From Bacteroidia bacterium (GTDB lineage: Bacteria; Bacteroidota; Bacteroidia; SpSt-205), in NCBI GenBank assembly GCA_039630245.1, contig JBCNVK010000004.1, positions 5,403-69,402 of the forward strand: 64,000 nt of DNA. The letters run 5' to 3'. Of this stretch, positions 45,837 to 56,078 are shown one piece after another. Below the pieces are notes generated by a model. It saw only the letters and a list, made by a program, of their open reading frames with translations. It made no database searches and was not told the DNA's origin. Each line of letters opens with the position of its first letter. The first letter of the stretch is position 1. The translations under genes and the position numbers were made by a program.

Positions 45837-48653
45837 GTGGCACACCTCCTCATCTTAGGCAGCGGGCCTATTGTAATCGGGCAGGCGGCGGAGTTTGACT
45901 ATTCGGGCTCGCAGGCGGCTCGGGCCCTGCGCGCTGAGGGCTATACGGTTCATCTCCTCAATTCCAACCCTGCCACGATTATGACGGATCCGATTACGGC
46001 TGACTATGTGCATCTACTTCCGCTCACGCCAGAGAGCGTGGAGGCTATTCTTCAACGCTACCCCATAGAGGCGGTGCTCCCTACGATGGGCGGGCAGACA
46101 GCCCTCAATCTCGCCATGGAATGCGCCCGATTAGGTCTGTGGGAGCGGTACGGGGTGCGGGTAATAGGGGCTTCCCTGCTCGCCATAGAGGTAGCCGAAG
46201 ACAGGGAGAAGTTCCGGCAGTGGGGTGAGAGTTTAGGCCTTCCCATGCTGCCATCAGGCATAGCTCGCTCCTATTTAGAGGCTAAGGATCTGGCTCAGCG
46301 CATAGGGTATCCCGTAGTACTGCGACCTTCCTTCACCTTAGGGGGCGCTGGGGCCCAAATCGTCCATAACAAAAGCGAGCTGGAGCGCGCCATCGGCCGC
46401 GCGCTGGCTCTCAGCCCCATCCATGAAGTGCTTGTAGAAAAAAGCGTAGCCGGCTGGAAGGAATTTGAGCTTGAGGTCATGCGCGATAAAGATGGCAACT
46501 TCATCGTGGTCTGTACGATAGAAAACCTTGATCCCATGGGCATCCATACGGGCGACTCCATAACGGTGGCGCCAGCGCTTACTCTCCCCGACTACCTCAT
46601 GCAGCGCATGCGGAACTACGCTAAAAAGCTCTTGGGCTCTTTTCCAGATTTTGCCGGCGGCTGTAATGTGCAATTCGCCCTCAGCCCCCACTCGGATGAG
46701 CTATGCGTGATAGAAATCAATCCGCGCGTGTCCCGCTCTTCGGCCCTGGCCTCAAAGGCTACGGGCTACCCTATTGCGCGCATTGCGGCCCTCTTGGCCG
46801 TAGGTAAGCGGCTGGACGAAATCACCAATCCCATCACGGGCACTACTTCGGCCTTTTTTGAGCCCAGCCTGGATTATGTGGTGGTCAAGGTGCCCCGCTG
46901 GAATTTTGACAAGTTTCCGGGGGCTAATCGCCAGCTTGGAATGCAAATGCGCAGCGTCGGCGAAGCGATGGGGATTGGACGTTCCTTCATAGAGGCCTTG
47001 CAAAAGGCCATTCAGTCCTTAGAGCTGCGGCGGAATGGACTGGGCGCCGATGGCCGCGAGGTACAGGACTTGGGTCAGCTTCTGCATAGCTTAGAGCACC
47101 CTTCCTGGCACCGCATCTTCCATATCCACGATGCGATTTTGGCCGGCATCCCCATCCGCACTATTCATAAGCTTACGGGCATAGATGAATGGTTCCTTCA
47201 TGAAATTCAGGCGCTTGTGGATCTAGAGCGGGAGCTAAGCCAGCACACTCTGGAAACTCTTACACCGGAGCTTCTCTGGAGGGCTAAGCAAATGGGCCTC
47301 GGGGATCGGCAAATTGCCCACCTGGTCCAAGCCTTAGAAAGCCAGGTTTATGCCCTACGGCAGAAATGGGGGATACGGCGCGTCTACAAGCGCGTGGACA
47401 CCTGTGCGGCGGAGTTTGAGGCCCAAACGCCCTACTACTACTCCACCTTTGAGCCCCAAGGGGAGGATGAGGGGGTTACCTTCCCCGCCGCCGATGTAGG
47501 CAAGCCGCGCCTTCTTATCCTGGGCTCAGGCCCCAACCGAATCGGCCAAGGCATAGAATTTGACTACTGCTGCGTACACGGCGCCTTAGCCGCCCGGCAG
47601 CTAGGCTATGAAGCCCTCATGCTCAACTGCAACCCCGAAACCGTCTCCACCGACCCCGACATTTCGGACCGGCTCTACTTTGAGCCCGTCTTTTGGGAGC
47701 ACGTGTATGAGGTCATAGTGCGGGAAAAGCCAATAGGCGTAGTGGTTCAACTGGGCGGCCAGACACCTCTCAAACTGGCTGAAAAGCTTCACCGCTATGG
47801 CATCCCCCTTATTGGAACCTCGTACGAAAGCATTGATATCTCCGAGGACCGAGGAAAATTCTCAGAGCTCTTAAGGGATTTAGGCATTCCCTATCCGCCT
47901 TTTGGTGTAGTGCGCAGCCCAGACGAGGCTTTAGCGCTGGCCGAAAAGCTCGGCTACCCCGTCTTAGTACGCCCCAGCTACGTACTGGGTGGGCAGCATA
48001 TGCGCATCGTGGTTGATGAAGAGGAGCTAGTAGAACAAATCGTGGCCATCCTCCGCAATATGCCGGGCAACCGCATTCTGATAGATCGCTTTCTGTATGG
48101 GGCTATTGAGGCTGAGCTGGATGCTCTTTCCGATGGGGAAGCTATAGGCGTGATGGGGATTATGGAGCACATTGAGCCGGTGGGGGTGCATTCGGGCGAC
48201 TCTACGGCGGTGCTGCCGCCCTTCTCCCTTTCGCCCGAGAAGCAGGCCATAATGCGCCATTATGCCGAGCAGATCGCCCGCGCGCTGAGTGTCAAGGGCT
48301 TCCTAAATGTCCAGTATGCCATCCACGAGGATACGGTCTATGTGATAGAAGCGAATCTACGCGCCTCTCGCACCGTACCTTTTCTCTGCAAGGCCCAGGA
48401 TAAGCCTTTCGTTCAGTGGGCCATGGAAATCCTTCTGGGACGCAAGCGGATAGAGGATTTCAACTTTCCCGGCCCACGTCGCCGCTATGCCCTCAAGCTG
48501 CCTGTGTTTTCGTTTGAGCGCTTCCCGGAGGTAGAGAAAACGCTAGGCCCTGAGATGCGCTCTACGGGGGAGGAGATTCGCTTCATAGAAGGGCTGGACG
48601 ATCCGCTCTTTCAAAAGCTCTATGCGCAGCGCAGCCTTTACCTGAGCCGATAG
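45837..48653 (+). CDS. carB: Carbamoyl-phosphate synthase large subunit, short form lacking the C-terminal MGS-like domain. GTG start.
   Basis: Two ATP-grasp halves (ILGSGPIVIGQAAEFDYSGSQA ... ILGSGPNRIGQGIEFDYCCVH). The ORF-track N-terminal extension overlaps lptB and is spurious. Confidence 0.9.
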   Translation: MAHLLILGSGPIVIGQAAEFDYSGSQAARALRAEGYTVHLLNSNPATIMTDPITADYVHLLPLTPESVEAILQRYPIEAVLPTMGGQTALNLAMECARLGLWERYGVRVIGASLLAIEVAEDREKFRQWGESLGLPMLPSGIARSYLEAKDLAQRIGYPVVLRPSFTLGGAGAQIVHNKSELERAIGRALALSPIHEVLVEKSVAGWKEFELEVMRDKDGNFIVVCTIENLDPMGIHTGDSITVAPALTLPDYLMQRMRNYAKKLLGSFPDFAGGCNVQFALSPHSDELCVIEINPRVSRSSALASKATGYPIARIAALLAVGKRLDEITNPITGTTSAFFEPSLDYVVVKVPRWNFDKFPGANRQLGMQMRSVGEAMGIGRSFIEALQKAIQSLELRRNGLGADGREVQDLGQLLHSLEHPSWHRIFHIHDAILAGIPIRTIHKLTGIDEWFLHEIQALVDLERELSQHTLETLTPELLWRAKQMGLGDRQIAHLVQALESQVYALRQKWGIRRVYKRVDTCAAEFEAQTPYYYSTFEPQGEDEGVTFPAADVGKPRLLILGSGPNRIGQGIEFDYCCVHGALAARQLGYEALMLNCNPETVSTDPDISDRLYFEPVFWEHVYEVIVREKPIGVVVQLGGQTPLKLAEKLHRYGIPLIGTSYESIDISEDRGKFSELLRDLGIPYPPFGVVRSPDEALALAEKLGYPVLVRPSYVLGGQHMRIVVDEEELVEQIVAILRNMPGNRILIDRFLYGAIEAELDALSDGEAIGVMGIMEHIEPVGVHSGDSTAVLPPFSLSPEKQAIMRHYAEQIARALSVKGFLNVQYAIHEDTVYVIEANLRASRTVPFLCKAQDKPFVQWAMEILLGRKRIEDFNFPGPRRRYALKLPVFSFERFPEVEKTLGPEMRSTGEEIRFIEGLDDPLFQKLYAQRSLYLSR

Positions 48654-48658
48654 ATAGG

Positions 48659-49657
48659 CTATAGGTTCCAGGTATAGGCTATGAGTTGCCACCCGCGGGC
48701 GGCCCGCCGAAGCTCTTTAGGGGAAAGCGTGGGGATAGCGGTGGGCAGCTGGGGAATTTGCCAAAGGCAGGCCCACCACCCCGCGAGGAGAAAGTTTTCC
48801 GCCCGATGAATCCAAGTAAAGAAGGCCGGTAGGCGTTGGGGCGAGGGCCGGAAAGGGCGGCTGAGAAAATCCTGAGCGGCTTGGTAGGTAGCGTAGGGCA
48901 GTCCCGTCTCTATCCAGAGTTCTAATCCTTTCGCAAAAGGCACCCATTGCGCCTGGCAGGCTATTTGACGCTCGGCGCAGAGATAGTGTAGGAGGGCGTC
49001 GGCCTGCTGCCACAAGGCGGCCCAGGCGGCCAGAGAAGGAGAGCCGTTCAGCTGCCAGCGTATATACACCACCCCGGGCCCTTGATGGGCAGGCGAAGAA
49101 AGCGTAGGAGGCGGTTGCGGAGGCCAATACGCCTCTGAGACGCTGCCCGCCACTACCTCCCGCCCCAAATGCAAAAGCGGCATGGGGATTTTTCCCCGCA
49201 GCACCCCTCCTACCCCCCCAGCCTGCCAGTAGCGCGTAAAGTACTGCGTGAGCGCCAAAGGCGATAAATCCACTGGCAGAGTATCCTCGTAGGCTACTTG
49301 GAAGCTGCGGCTGAGTTCTGGCGGATTTTCTACTAGGGGTATAGCATTCTGCTGGAGGCGCTGCGGAAAGCGCTGAATAGCCCCGCGTAGAACATGGAAA
49401 AAAGTAAAAAGGCCTTCGGGTGTAGCTTCGCCTTCAACGCAAAACCACTGGCCGCGGCGCCGAAACCTATACCGCACCCCGTGGGTATAGGCCACCTGAC
49501 GCAGGAGCGAATCCGCAAAAAGGCCCTCCGCTACCGTGCGCGCTACGGCTTCCCCACGCCCACGTTCTAATGGGTGAAAAAGAAGCCACTGGATATAGCC
49601 CGTTTCCTGAGTATAGGCGCAGAGGGCTTGGGCCCACAAGCCTAACAGCTGAAACAT
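48659..49657 (-). CDS. Hypothetical Trp/Arg/Leu-rich protein (332 aa)
   Basis: Long clean ORF with host-like codon usage. It overlaps the upstream gene's end by 16 nt. Confidence 0.45.
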   Translation of the reverse strand: MFQLLGLWAQALCAYTQETGYIQWLLFHPLERGRGEAVARTVAEGLFADSLLRQVAYTHGVRYRFRRRGQWFCVEGEATPEGLFTFFHVLRGAIQRFPQRLQQNAIPLVENPPELSRSFQVAYEDTLPVDLSPLALTQYFTRYWQAGGVGGVLRGKIPMPLLHLGREVVAGSVSEAYWPPQPPPTLSSPAHQGPGVVYIRWQLNGSPSLAAWAALWQQADALLHYLCAERQIACQAQWVPFAKGLELWIETGLPYATYQAAQDFLSRPFRPSPQRLPAFFTWIHRAENFLLAGWWACLWQIPQLPTAIPTLSPKELRRAARGWQLIAYTWNL

Positions 49658-51087
49658 CGGAAGCGAATAGCTTTTGGGGGAAAACCCGCCGGCAAAGGGC
49701 GCAGATAGATCTCAAGGGCTTCAGGCGGAATCTGGTGGGTCTGGATGAGTTCCAGCCGAAGCTGGTGAAGATACTGGGTAAGGCGTTTGCGCTCGCGTGC
49801 CGTGCGATAGTACGCGCTAAGCTCGCAGGGTCGGCTGCAGCCTGGCTTCCAGAAAAGCCGAAAGGCAGCAGCCCATTCCCCTAAAGGCGGTAGGCCTGGC
49901 CCTGTCCAAAGAAAATCAGGCACCGCTACGGCCGGCGGGCGCGCCGGAGGCGGTGCAAAAACCACCGTATCTGAAGCTAAGCTTTCATTTCCCATCCATA
50001 TTCCCCGAGCCCTGAAAGGCCAGCCGCTCTGCCAGACCTGCGCCGGCAGACTATCACTGAGCCCCAGCGTATCCCCCATCAGCACTGGCGTGATCCAAAG
50101 ATCAGGATATTCCTCGGGATGGGCGCACACCTTGCGAAAAAAGAGCTCAAATGCCGCTTGCCATGCTCGCGCTTCTAAGGAGTCTTGCGCTGCAAGTGTG
50201 CTCAGGCGCCGAAGGAAAGCGTAGCTGCGTCCATCTACGCGCGCCTGAAGCAGCAGGTGCGTCCTGCCTTTTAGCTGCATGGACCATTGCAGGGGGGGAG
50301 CCTCGCGCTGCCACCGGCTGAGGAAAGCCTCCCGAAAAGCCAGCCGTTCCTTCCAACTCAGGGGCCCTTCCACAGCAAGCCCTACATAACCTGGATAGGC
50401 CCAGAGATTTTGTATCAGCGTATCCGGGAGGGGAGGCGTAACGAGGGAAGGAAGCGAGTCACTCACCGACTTAAGAGATATTTTCAACGGGAGGCGGCCG
50501 ATTTGGAATTTTTCCCGAAAGGATAAGCCGCCCCCAAAAATAATATGCAAGGATTCTGGTGCTAGGTAGCGCTGGATGTAGGCTAGGGCTTGCGGCCAGT
50601 CTAGGCTGGGCGGAAGGAGGGGACGACCTCGCAAAAGCCATTCCACTTCTTGCCTTAGGGAGAAGCCGATCCAGGCCTTGGCAGCCCGCTGGCGCAGGCG
50701 CTGCCAGGCCAGGCTATCCTGAAGGGGGAGAGCCCGCAAAGCGGCATAAAGCCAGCCTACCGCTTCCACCGCCATACTGCGCGGTACCGTCAGGCATACC
50801 GCCGCCCCCTCTGGCATACTCCAAAGGCTCAAATGCCCGCCTAGGCTTCCAAGCTGACGACGAAGCGCCGCTGAGGAAGGATTTATCGTGTCCTCCTGCG
50901 CTACTAAGAAGGCTACGATGCGCCCCAGCTCTTGATACGCTGGGGGGTGGCGCCACGCCAAAGCTACCCAGAGCAAAGGACGCTTACTGCCCAGCTCAGG
51001 AAACGTGACTAAGCGCGGCTTTCCACTCTGTAGGTCAATAACTTGACCGTAAATAAGCCCTAAGAGCCCCCAGAGGGAGGTACCCAT
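49642..51087 (-). CDS. Hypothetical Trp-rich protein (481 aa)
   Basis: Long clean ORF. It overlaps the ppx/gppA 3' end by 28 nt. Confidence 0.45.
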   Translation of the reverse strand: MGTSLWGLLGLIYGQVIDLQSGKPRLVTFPELGSKRPLLWVALAWRHPPAYQELGRIVAFLVAQEDTINPSSAALRRQLGSLGGHLSLWSMPEGAAVCLTVPRSMAVEAVGWLYAALRALPLQDSLAWQRLRQRAAKAWIGFSLRQEVEWLLRGRPLLPPSLDWPQALAYIQRYLAPESLHIIFGGGLSFREKFQIGRLPLKISLKSVSDSLPSLVTPPLPDTLIQNLWAYPGYVGLAVEGPLSWKERLAFREAFLSRWQREAPPLQWSMQLKGRTHLLLQARVDGRSYAFLRRLSTLAAQDSLEARAWQAAFELFFRKVCAHPEEYPDLWITPVLMGDTLGLSDSLPAQVWQSGWPFRARGIWMGNESLASDTVVFAPPPARPPAVAVPDFLWTGPGLPPLGEWAAAFRLFWKPGCSRPCELSAYYRTARERKRLTQYLHQLRLELIQTHQIPPEALEIYLRPLPAGFPPKAIRFRCFSC

Positions 51088-52631
51088 GCGAGCCGAAGCT
51101 GGAGCCGACGACCATAGCTGCGCTCAAAAAAGTCTTCCACCTCAGCGTATATGGAACTCAAAAAGCGCGTCGCACCGGCCTCCGTGGTATCTACGATAAG
51201 CTCAACCTGCTTATCATTCCAACTGCACCGCACCCCAAGGGGGTCGTGGCGCAGGTATTTAGCCAGTTGATCGGCCAGCCGCACAAGCGGCGCTAAAAGG
51301 CCCACCAGTTTTTTCTGAGCTCGGGGCAGCGTAGCATAATGAAAGTGCTCAGAAGAGGGAAGGCTCTTGCGATGGTAGCGCACGAGGTTAGCCATAAGGA
51401 GCAGCTCCTCCTGCGTAAAGCCGGGCATAGGCGTATTGAGGAGAATGTAGAGCCCATGCTTGTGATGACCGCTGGGGTTTATGAAGTGGCCAATATCGTG
51501 GAGGTAAGCCGCATAGGCCACCCATTCTTTTTCCTGCTTGCTAAGGTGGTGGAGGGGCGCCAGAAGGTCAAAAAGCTTCTCGGCCCAGCGGCGCGTTTGC
51601 TGGGCATGTAGAAGGGAAAGCTGGTACTTCTGGGCCAAAGCGCTTATGGTACGCTCCCGAAGCGGCTGTACGGTCAGGCCGGGTAAGTTAAAAAGGCGTC
51701 CCGCATACTCATACACTAGCCCTTCCCGCAAGGCATACTCGCTAATCGTAATGGTCTGAATAGGAAAAAGCTGGAGCACTTCATAGACGAGCGCGGCGCC
51801 ATAGGGCATGTAGGGGGCGCGTTCAGCCTGCATCCCCTTAAGACGCACTCGGTCTACAAGGGGCAGCGTAGTAAGCTTCTGGTAAACGGGATAAAAGACC
51901 ATAGGGCTGAAGCGATAGCCATGCAGGGCCGGCTCCCCCGAGTCTCCATTGCTGCTGTAGGCTACCAAGCGCCCCAGGGTCTTGAAAGTGCCAGCCGTAC
52001 CGATGAGGTGACGCACCCGCAGCGTTTCTACCGCTTCACGCAGCGGCTCTAAGGTAGTACGAATGTACCGATGCAGGGCCTGTAGCTGGGCCGGCGAAAG
52101 GGGATCAGGTTCAGGAAACTGGCGCTGAAGTACACTTACTCCCAGCGGAAAGCTATGGAGATAAAGGATTTCTCCCTTTTGGCCCCAGATGAACTCCACC
52201 GATCCGCCCCCGATGTCCATGACTAAGTAGGGCTCCTCAGGCAGAGGCAGACCATGCCGCACCCCTAAATGAATCAGGCGGGCTTCTTCTACACCCGAAA
52301 GGATGCGCACTTCTACACCCAGTTCGTGGCGGATAGTTTCTTGAAGCAAAGCGGCATTCTGGGCAAGGCGGAAGGCCTCCGTCGCACAGGCTAAAAAGAC
52401 CTCTGCGCCGTGTTGGCGGGCCTCTTCCACCAGAGAGCGCAGCACCTCTACGGCCCGCTGCATACCCAAGTCAGAAAAAGCCGGCGGGGAGCCTTCCAGC
52501 TCCCGACCTAAGAAGACAAACTCCCGGCGGCGGCGCTCTAAATATACCTCTTGCTGCGCCATGTCCAGCCGGGCCAGCAAAAGATGGAAGGAATTCGTCC
52601 CTAAATCTAAAGCGGCGATACGTTTATGCAT
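51060..52631 (-). CDS. Ppx/GppA-family exopolyphosphatase / pppGpp phosphohydrolase with a C-terminal HD domain
   Basis: N-terminal ALDLGTNSFHLLLA actin-like ATPase fold. The C-terminal HD motif is LHDIGHFI. Confidence 0.8.
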   Translation of the reverse strand: MHKRIAALDLGTNSFHLLLARLDMAQQEVYLERRRREFVFLGRELEGSPPAFSDLGMQRAVEVLRSLVEEARQHGAEVFLACATEAFRLAQNAALLQETIRHELGVEVRILSGVEEARLIHLGVRHGLPLPEEPYLVMDIGGGSVEFIWGQKGEILYLHSFPLGVSVLQRQFPEPDPLSPAQLQALHRYIRTTLEPLREAVETLRVRHLIGTAGTFKTLGRLVAYSSNGDSGEPALHGYRFSPMVFYPVYQKLTTLPLVDRVRLKGMQAERAPYMPYGAALVYEVLQLFPIQTITISEYALREGLVYEYAGRLFNLPGLTVQPLRERTISALAQKYQLSLLHAQQTRRWAEKLFDLLAPLHHLSKQEKEWVAYAAYLHDIGHFINPSGHHKHGLYILLNTPMPGFTQEELLLMANLVRYHRKSLPSSEHFHYATLPRAQKKLVGLLAPLVRLADQLAKYLRHDPLGVRCSWNDKQVELIVDTTEAGATRFLSSIYAEVEDFFERSYGRRLQLRLAWVPPSGGS

Positions 52632-53175
52632 ATTTGCCCTCTAAAAGAGCCTGAAGGTACGCTAAGGCCTCTGGGGCTTCATCAAAATGCAGCTCCTGAG
52701 TTATGCGCTGAATTTCCCGCCGCTCCTCTCCCGAAATAAGCTCAGGGACAGCCCCTGCCCCAGCCTCTATCCGCCGCAAACGCAGAAGTAGATTCTTGAC
52801 AATATCCCCCGTACTGGCAGCCGCCGTGGCGTAAAGAAACTCCGCCTGCTCCTTGTACATTTCCGGGTTTTCCTGAAGAAAGGCATACAGCACTTTCATG
52901 AAGCGCTCTCGCCAGAAAGCCGCATCTATGGCGAGATAGCGAAGCTCAGCCCGCCAATCCAACTCCGTAGGCGATACCGATTCGTGGCGGCAAAGGAAAG
53001 CGACAATCTCATCCAGCCGATGCACCTCCGACGTATCGGTAAAGCCGTCCGCCTGCGCTACCAGCACGGCGGGAAATACCCGCAGAAGAATTTCAAATGC
53101 CTTTCGGTCTATCTGCATGCGGCGCTCACGCTGGTAATCGCTCCACAGAGCGTCGCACAGTTCGGCATATCCCAT
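52624..53175 (-). CDS. Hypothetical protein (183 aa, TerB/DjlA-N-like helical protein?)
   Basis: Clean ORF between lepA and ppx with 4- and 8-nt overlaps. Confidence 0.4.
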   Translation of the reverse strand: MGYAELCDALWSDYQRERRMQIDRKAFEILLRVFPAVLVAQADGFTDTSEVHRLDEIVAFLCRHESVSPTELDWRAELRYLAIDAAFWRERFMKVLYAFLQENPEMYKEQAEFLYATAAASTGDIVKNLLLRLRRIEAGAGAVPELISGEERREIQRITQELHFDEAPEALAYLQALLEGKYA

Positions 53176-53177
53176 GG

Positions 53178-54959
53178 CTAATCTAATTTCAATACGGCTA
53201 TGAAGGCCTCCTGCGGCACCTCTACCGACCCCACCTGACGCATGCGCTTTTTGCCTTCCTTCTGACGCTCCAGAAGTTTGCGCTTACGCGTGATGTCTCC
53301 ACCGTAGCACTTAGCCGTGACGTCCTTGCGCAGCGCCCGAAGGGTCTCCCGCGCAATCACCCGTCCATAAATAGCCGCCTGGATAGCTACCTCAAACTGC
53401 TGGCGCGGAATAAGCTCCTTGAGCTTCTGGCACAGCCGCCGACCCCAATCGTAGGCCTTGTCCCGGTGAATAATGCAGCTTAGCGCATCCACTCGCTCGC
53501 CATTCAAAAGAATGTCCATCCGAACCAGATCACTCGGCCTATAGCCAATAACCTCATAGTCCAGCGAGGCATACCCGCGCGAGAGCGACTTGAGCCGATC
53601 ATAGAAGTCAAAAATGATTTCAGCCAAAGGCATCTCAAATACCAGCTCCACCCGATTAGAGGCTAAGTAGGTTTGACTTTTGAAAATGCCTCGCCGACCG
53701 ATGCACAGCTCCATTAGAGGCCCTATGAAAGCGGCATCCGTAATAATCTGGGCCCGCACATACGGCTCTTCTAAATGGTCCAGCTTAGCCGGATCGGGGA
53801 GCTGAGCGGGATTGATGACTACGACCTTCTCGCCAGTGCGCAGGTAGGCGTGGTAAGGCACATTTGGCACCGTAGCCACCACTTCCATCCCAAACTCGCG
53901 CGCTAAGCGCTCCTGCACAATCTCCATGTGCAGAAGGCCTAAGAATCCCACCCGAAAGCCAAACCCCAGCGCAGCCGACGTCTCAGGCTCAAATCGGATG
54001 GCCGCATCATTGAGCCGCAGCTTCTCCAGCGCCTCCCGCAAGTCTTCAAACTGGTCTGCCTGTACTGGATAAAAGCCCGCAAATACCATTGGCTTCATTT
54101 CTCGAAAGCCCTTCAGCGGCTCTCGTGCAGGCCGTGAGGCGTCCGTAATCGTATCCCCTACCTTGATTTCCTGGATGTTTTTTATCCCAGCAATCACATA
54201 CCCCACCGAACCGCAGGGGATGAACGGCTGGAGCTGGCGCTGCGGCCTGAAGACGCCCACTTCTTCTACCACGTACTCCGCACCCGTAGCCATGAGCCTA
54301 ATCCGCATGCCCGGCTGCAAGACCCCTTCCTTGACGCGCACATACGCTACCGCTCCGCGATACGGATCAAACTGCGAGTCAAAAATAAGCGCCCGCAGGC
54401 TCTCCTGGGACTTATCCGCTGGCGGCGGGATGCGTGTCAAAATCGCCTTCAAAATCTCTTCTACCCCAATCCCCATTTTAGCGCTGGCGTAGATTACCTC
54501 CTCAGGGCGACAGCCTAGCAGTTCTACTAAATGCTCGCGCACCGCCTCCGGACGCGCCGCCGGCAGGTCAATCTTATTGATCACGGGAATAATCTCTAAA
54601 TCCTGCTCAATGGCCAGATAGAGGTTAGCTAGGGTTTGGGCCTGTACGCCCTGCGTGGCATCTACGACTAAAAGCGCGCCTTCGCAAGCCGCAATCGCCC
54701 GCGAAACCTCATAGGAAAAATCCACATGGCCCGGGGTATCTATGAGATTTAGGGTGTAGCCTTGATAGTGCATTTGGACCGGGTGGCTCTTGATAGTGAT
54801 GCCCTTTTCCCGTTCTAAGTCCATGCTATCCAGCACTTGCTCCATCATCTGGCGTGGGGGAATCGTAGCCGTAGCCTCTAATAGACGATCGGCTAAGGTG
54901 CTCTTGCCATGGTCTATGTGGGCAATAATGCAAAAATTCCGAATGGTCTCTGCCCCCAT
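53178..54959 (-). CDS. lepA: Elongation factor 4 (LepA)
   Basis: [23 protein letters not shown]1 motif, DTPGHVDF, and the LepA C-terminal domain. Confidence 0.95.
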   Translation of the reverse strand: MGAETIRNFCIIAHIDHGKSTLADRLLEATATIPPRQMMEQVLDSMDLEREKGITIKSHPVQMHYQGYTLNLIDTPGHVDFSYEVSRAIAACEGALLVVDATQGVQAQTLANLYLAIEQDLEIIPVINKIDLPAARPEAVREHLVELLGCRPEEVIYASAKMGIGVEEILKAILTRIPPPADKSQESLRALIFDSQFDPYRGAVAYVRVKEGVLQPGMRIRLMATGAEYVVEEVGVFRPQRQLQPFIPCGSVGYVIAGIKNIQEIKVGDTITDASRPAREPLKGFREMKPMVFAGFYPVQADQFEDLREALEKLRLNDAAIRFEPETSAALGFGFRVGFLGLLHMEIVQERLAREFGMEVVATVPNVPYHAYLRTGEKVVVINPAQLPDPAKLDHLEEPYVRAQIITDAAFIGPLMELCIGRRGIFKSQTYLASNRVELVFEMPLAEIIFDFYDRLKSLSRGYASLDYEVIGYRPSDLVRMDILLNGERVDALSCIIHRDKAYDWGRRLCQKLKELIPRQQFEVAIQAAIYGRVIARETLRALRKDVTAKCYGGDITRKRKLLERQKEGKKRMRQVGSVEVPQEAFIAVLKLD

Positions 54960-54983
54960 GGGTCAAGCAAAGATAAGGACATG

Positions 54984-56060
54984 CTAGGAGTAAGTGCGCC
55001 CTTTCCAGCTAAAGGAAGGGCGAATAAGAGCAATAAGAGCCACGCTGGTCATATAGACTGGATAGACGAGAGCCGTAAAGAGCCAAGCCTTCCAGTGAGG
55101 CAAAGGGCTGCGCATCTGACCAAAACTTCGGTAGGCTATCCAGACCTGCCCAGCACTTAGGCTGAGCCAAGCTAAAACGGCGGGAAGGGGATATAGGAAG
55201 AGGCCAAGGAGCAATCCCATTTGGGCTAGGGCTACCAGACGCAGGCCCCAAGGCGTCCAGAAGGTGGGGTACATCCGCCGCTTGGAAAGCCAGCGCAGAC
55301 GCTGATGAAGTAGAGCCGACCAAGTAGGCATAGGCCTAGTGGTAACAACAGCCGGGCTGAAAGCAAGGGCTTTTTTCCCGTAATGGAGGCAAATGCGCTG
55401 TACGAGAAGGTCGTCATCGCCGCTTGGGGAAGCGTGAGCCGGGCCCCATCCGCCCACGGCTTCAAACGCTGCGCGGCGATAGGCTAAAAGCGCGCCATTC
55501 GCCGTAATAGGCTCGCCGCGCTGCCAACTGCCTGCTGTAAGCCCCATCAGCCCCGCCAGCTCAATCCGCTGAAGCTCCCCCAACCACCCCCCCACCGGCC
55601 TAAGCCGAACCCACCCCCCCACCACCTGCACGGCCGAATCCCCGAAATACGCCACTATCTTAGCCAAGGTATCTGGCTCATGCTCCGTATCCGCATCGGT
55701 TGTAAGAATAATATCCGCCGTCGTGCGACTAATTGCATGGCGAAGTGCGGCCTTCTTGCCTTTTTCGGTAGGCGGGAGCTGGCAGGGATAGATAAAGGCG
55801 TAGCGGGCTGCCCACGCACAGGCTACCAGCCAGGTATCGTCCTCGCTATGATCATCTACAATCCAGATTTCGTCGGGGAGGCGGCTCTGACGAAGCAGGC
55901 TAGCCAGGCACAGGGGTAAGTTCAAGGCCTCATTCCGAGCCGGGATAACTACCGCTACGCGCAAGGCCGCTGGAGAAGGCGCCGCCCGAAGGCGCCAGCG
56001 CCCCCACCGCCACAAAAGATACCCATAGCCGCCCCACATTAGGAGGAGCAGGTAGAGCAT
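54984..56060 (-). CDS. Family-2 glycosyltransferase (membrane)
   Basis: VVIPARNEALNL ... DAD motif (TDADTEH) ... C-terminal TM helices. Confidence 0.75.
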   Translation of the reverse strand: MLYLLLLMWGGYGYLLWRWGRWRLRAAPSPAALRVAVVIPARNEALNLPLCLASLLRQSRLPDEIWIVDDHSEDDTWLVACAWAARYAFIYPCQLPPTEKGKKAALRHAISRTTADIILTTDADTEHEPDTLAKIVAYFGDSAVQVVGGWVRLRPVGGWLGELQRIELAGLMGLTAGSWQRGEPITANGALLAYRRAAFEAVGGWGPAHASPSGDDDLLVQRICLHYGKKALAFSPAVVTTRPMPTWSALLHQRLRWLSKRRMYPTFWTPWGLRLVALAQMGLLLGLFLYPLPAVLAWLSLSAGQVWIAYRSFGQMRSPLPHWKAWLFTALVYPVYMTSVALIALIRPSFSWKGRTYS

Positions 56061-56065
56061 TTTTG

Positions 56066-56073
56066 TACCTTTG
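56066..56073 (+). promoter_or_regulatory. TACCTTTG -7 element, 5 nt upstream of the bifunctional-nuclease ATG. It is half of the palindrome TACCTTTG-N9-CAAAGGTA (56066-56090).
   Basis: TACCTTTGaactaATGgCAAAGGTA. The downstream half, read on the minus strand, is a second TACCTTTG pointing toward the divergent GT2 gene. Confidence 0.55.
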
Positions 56074-56078
56074 AACTA

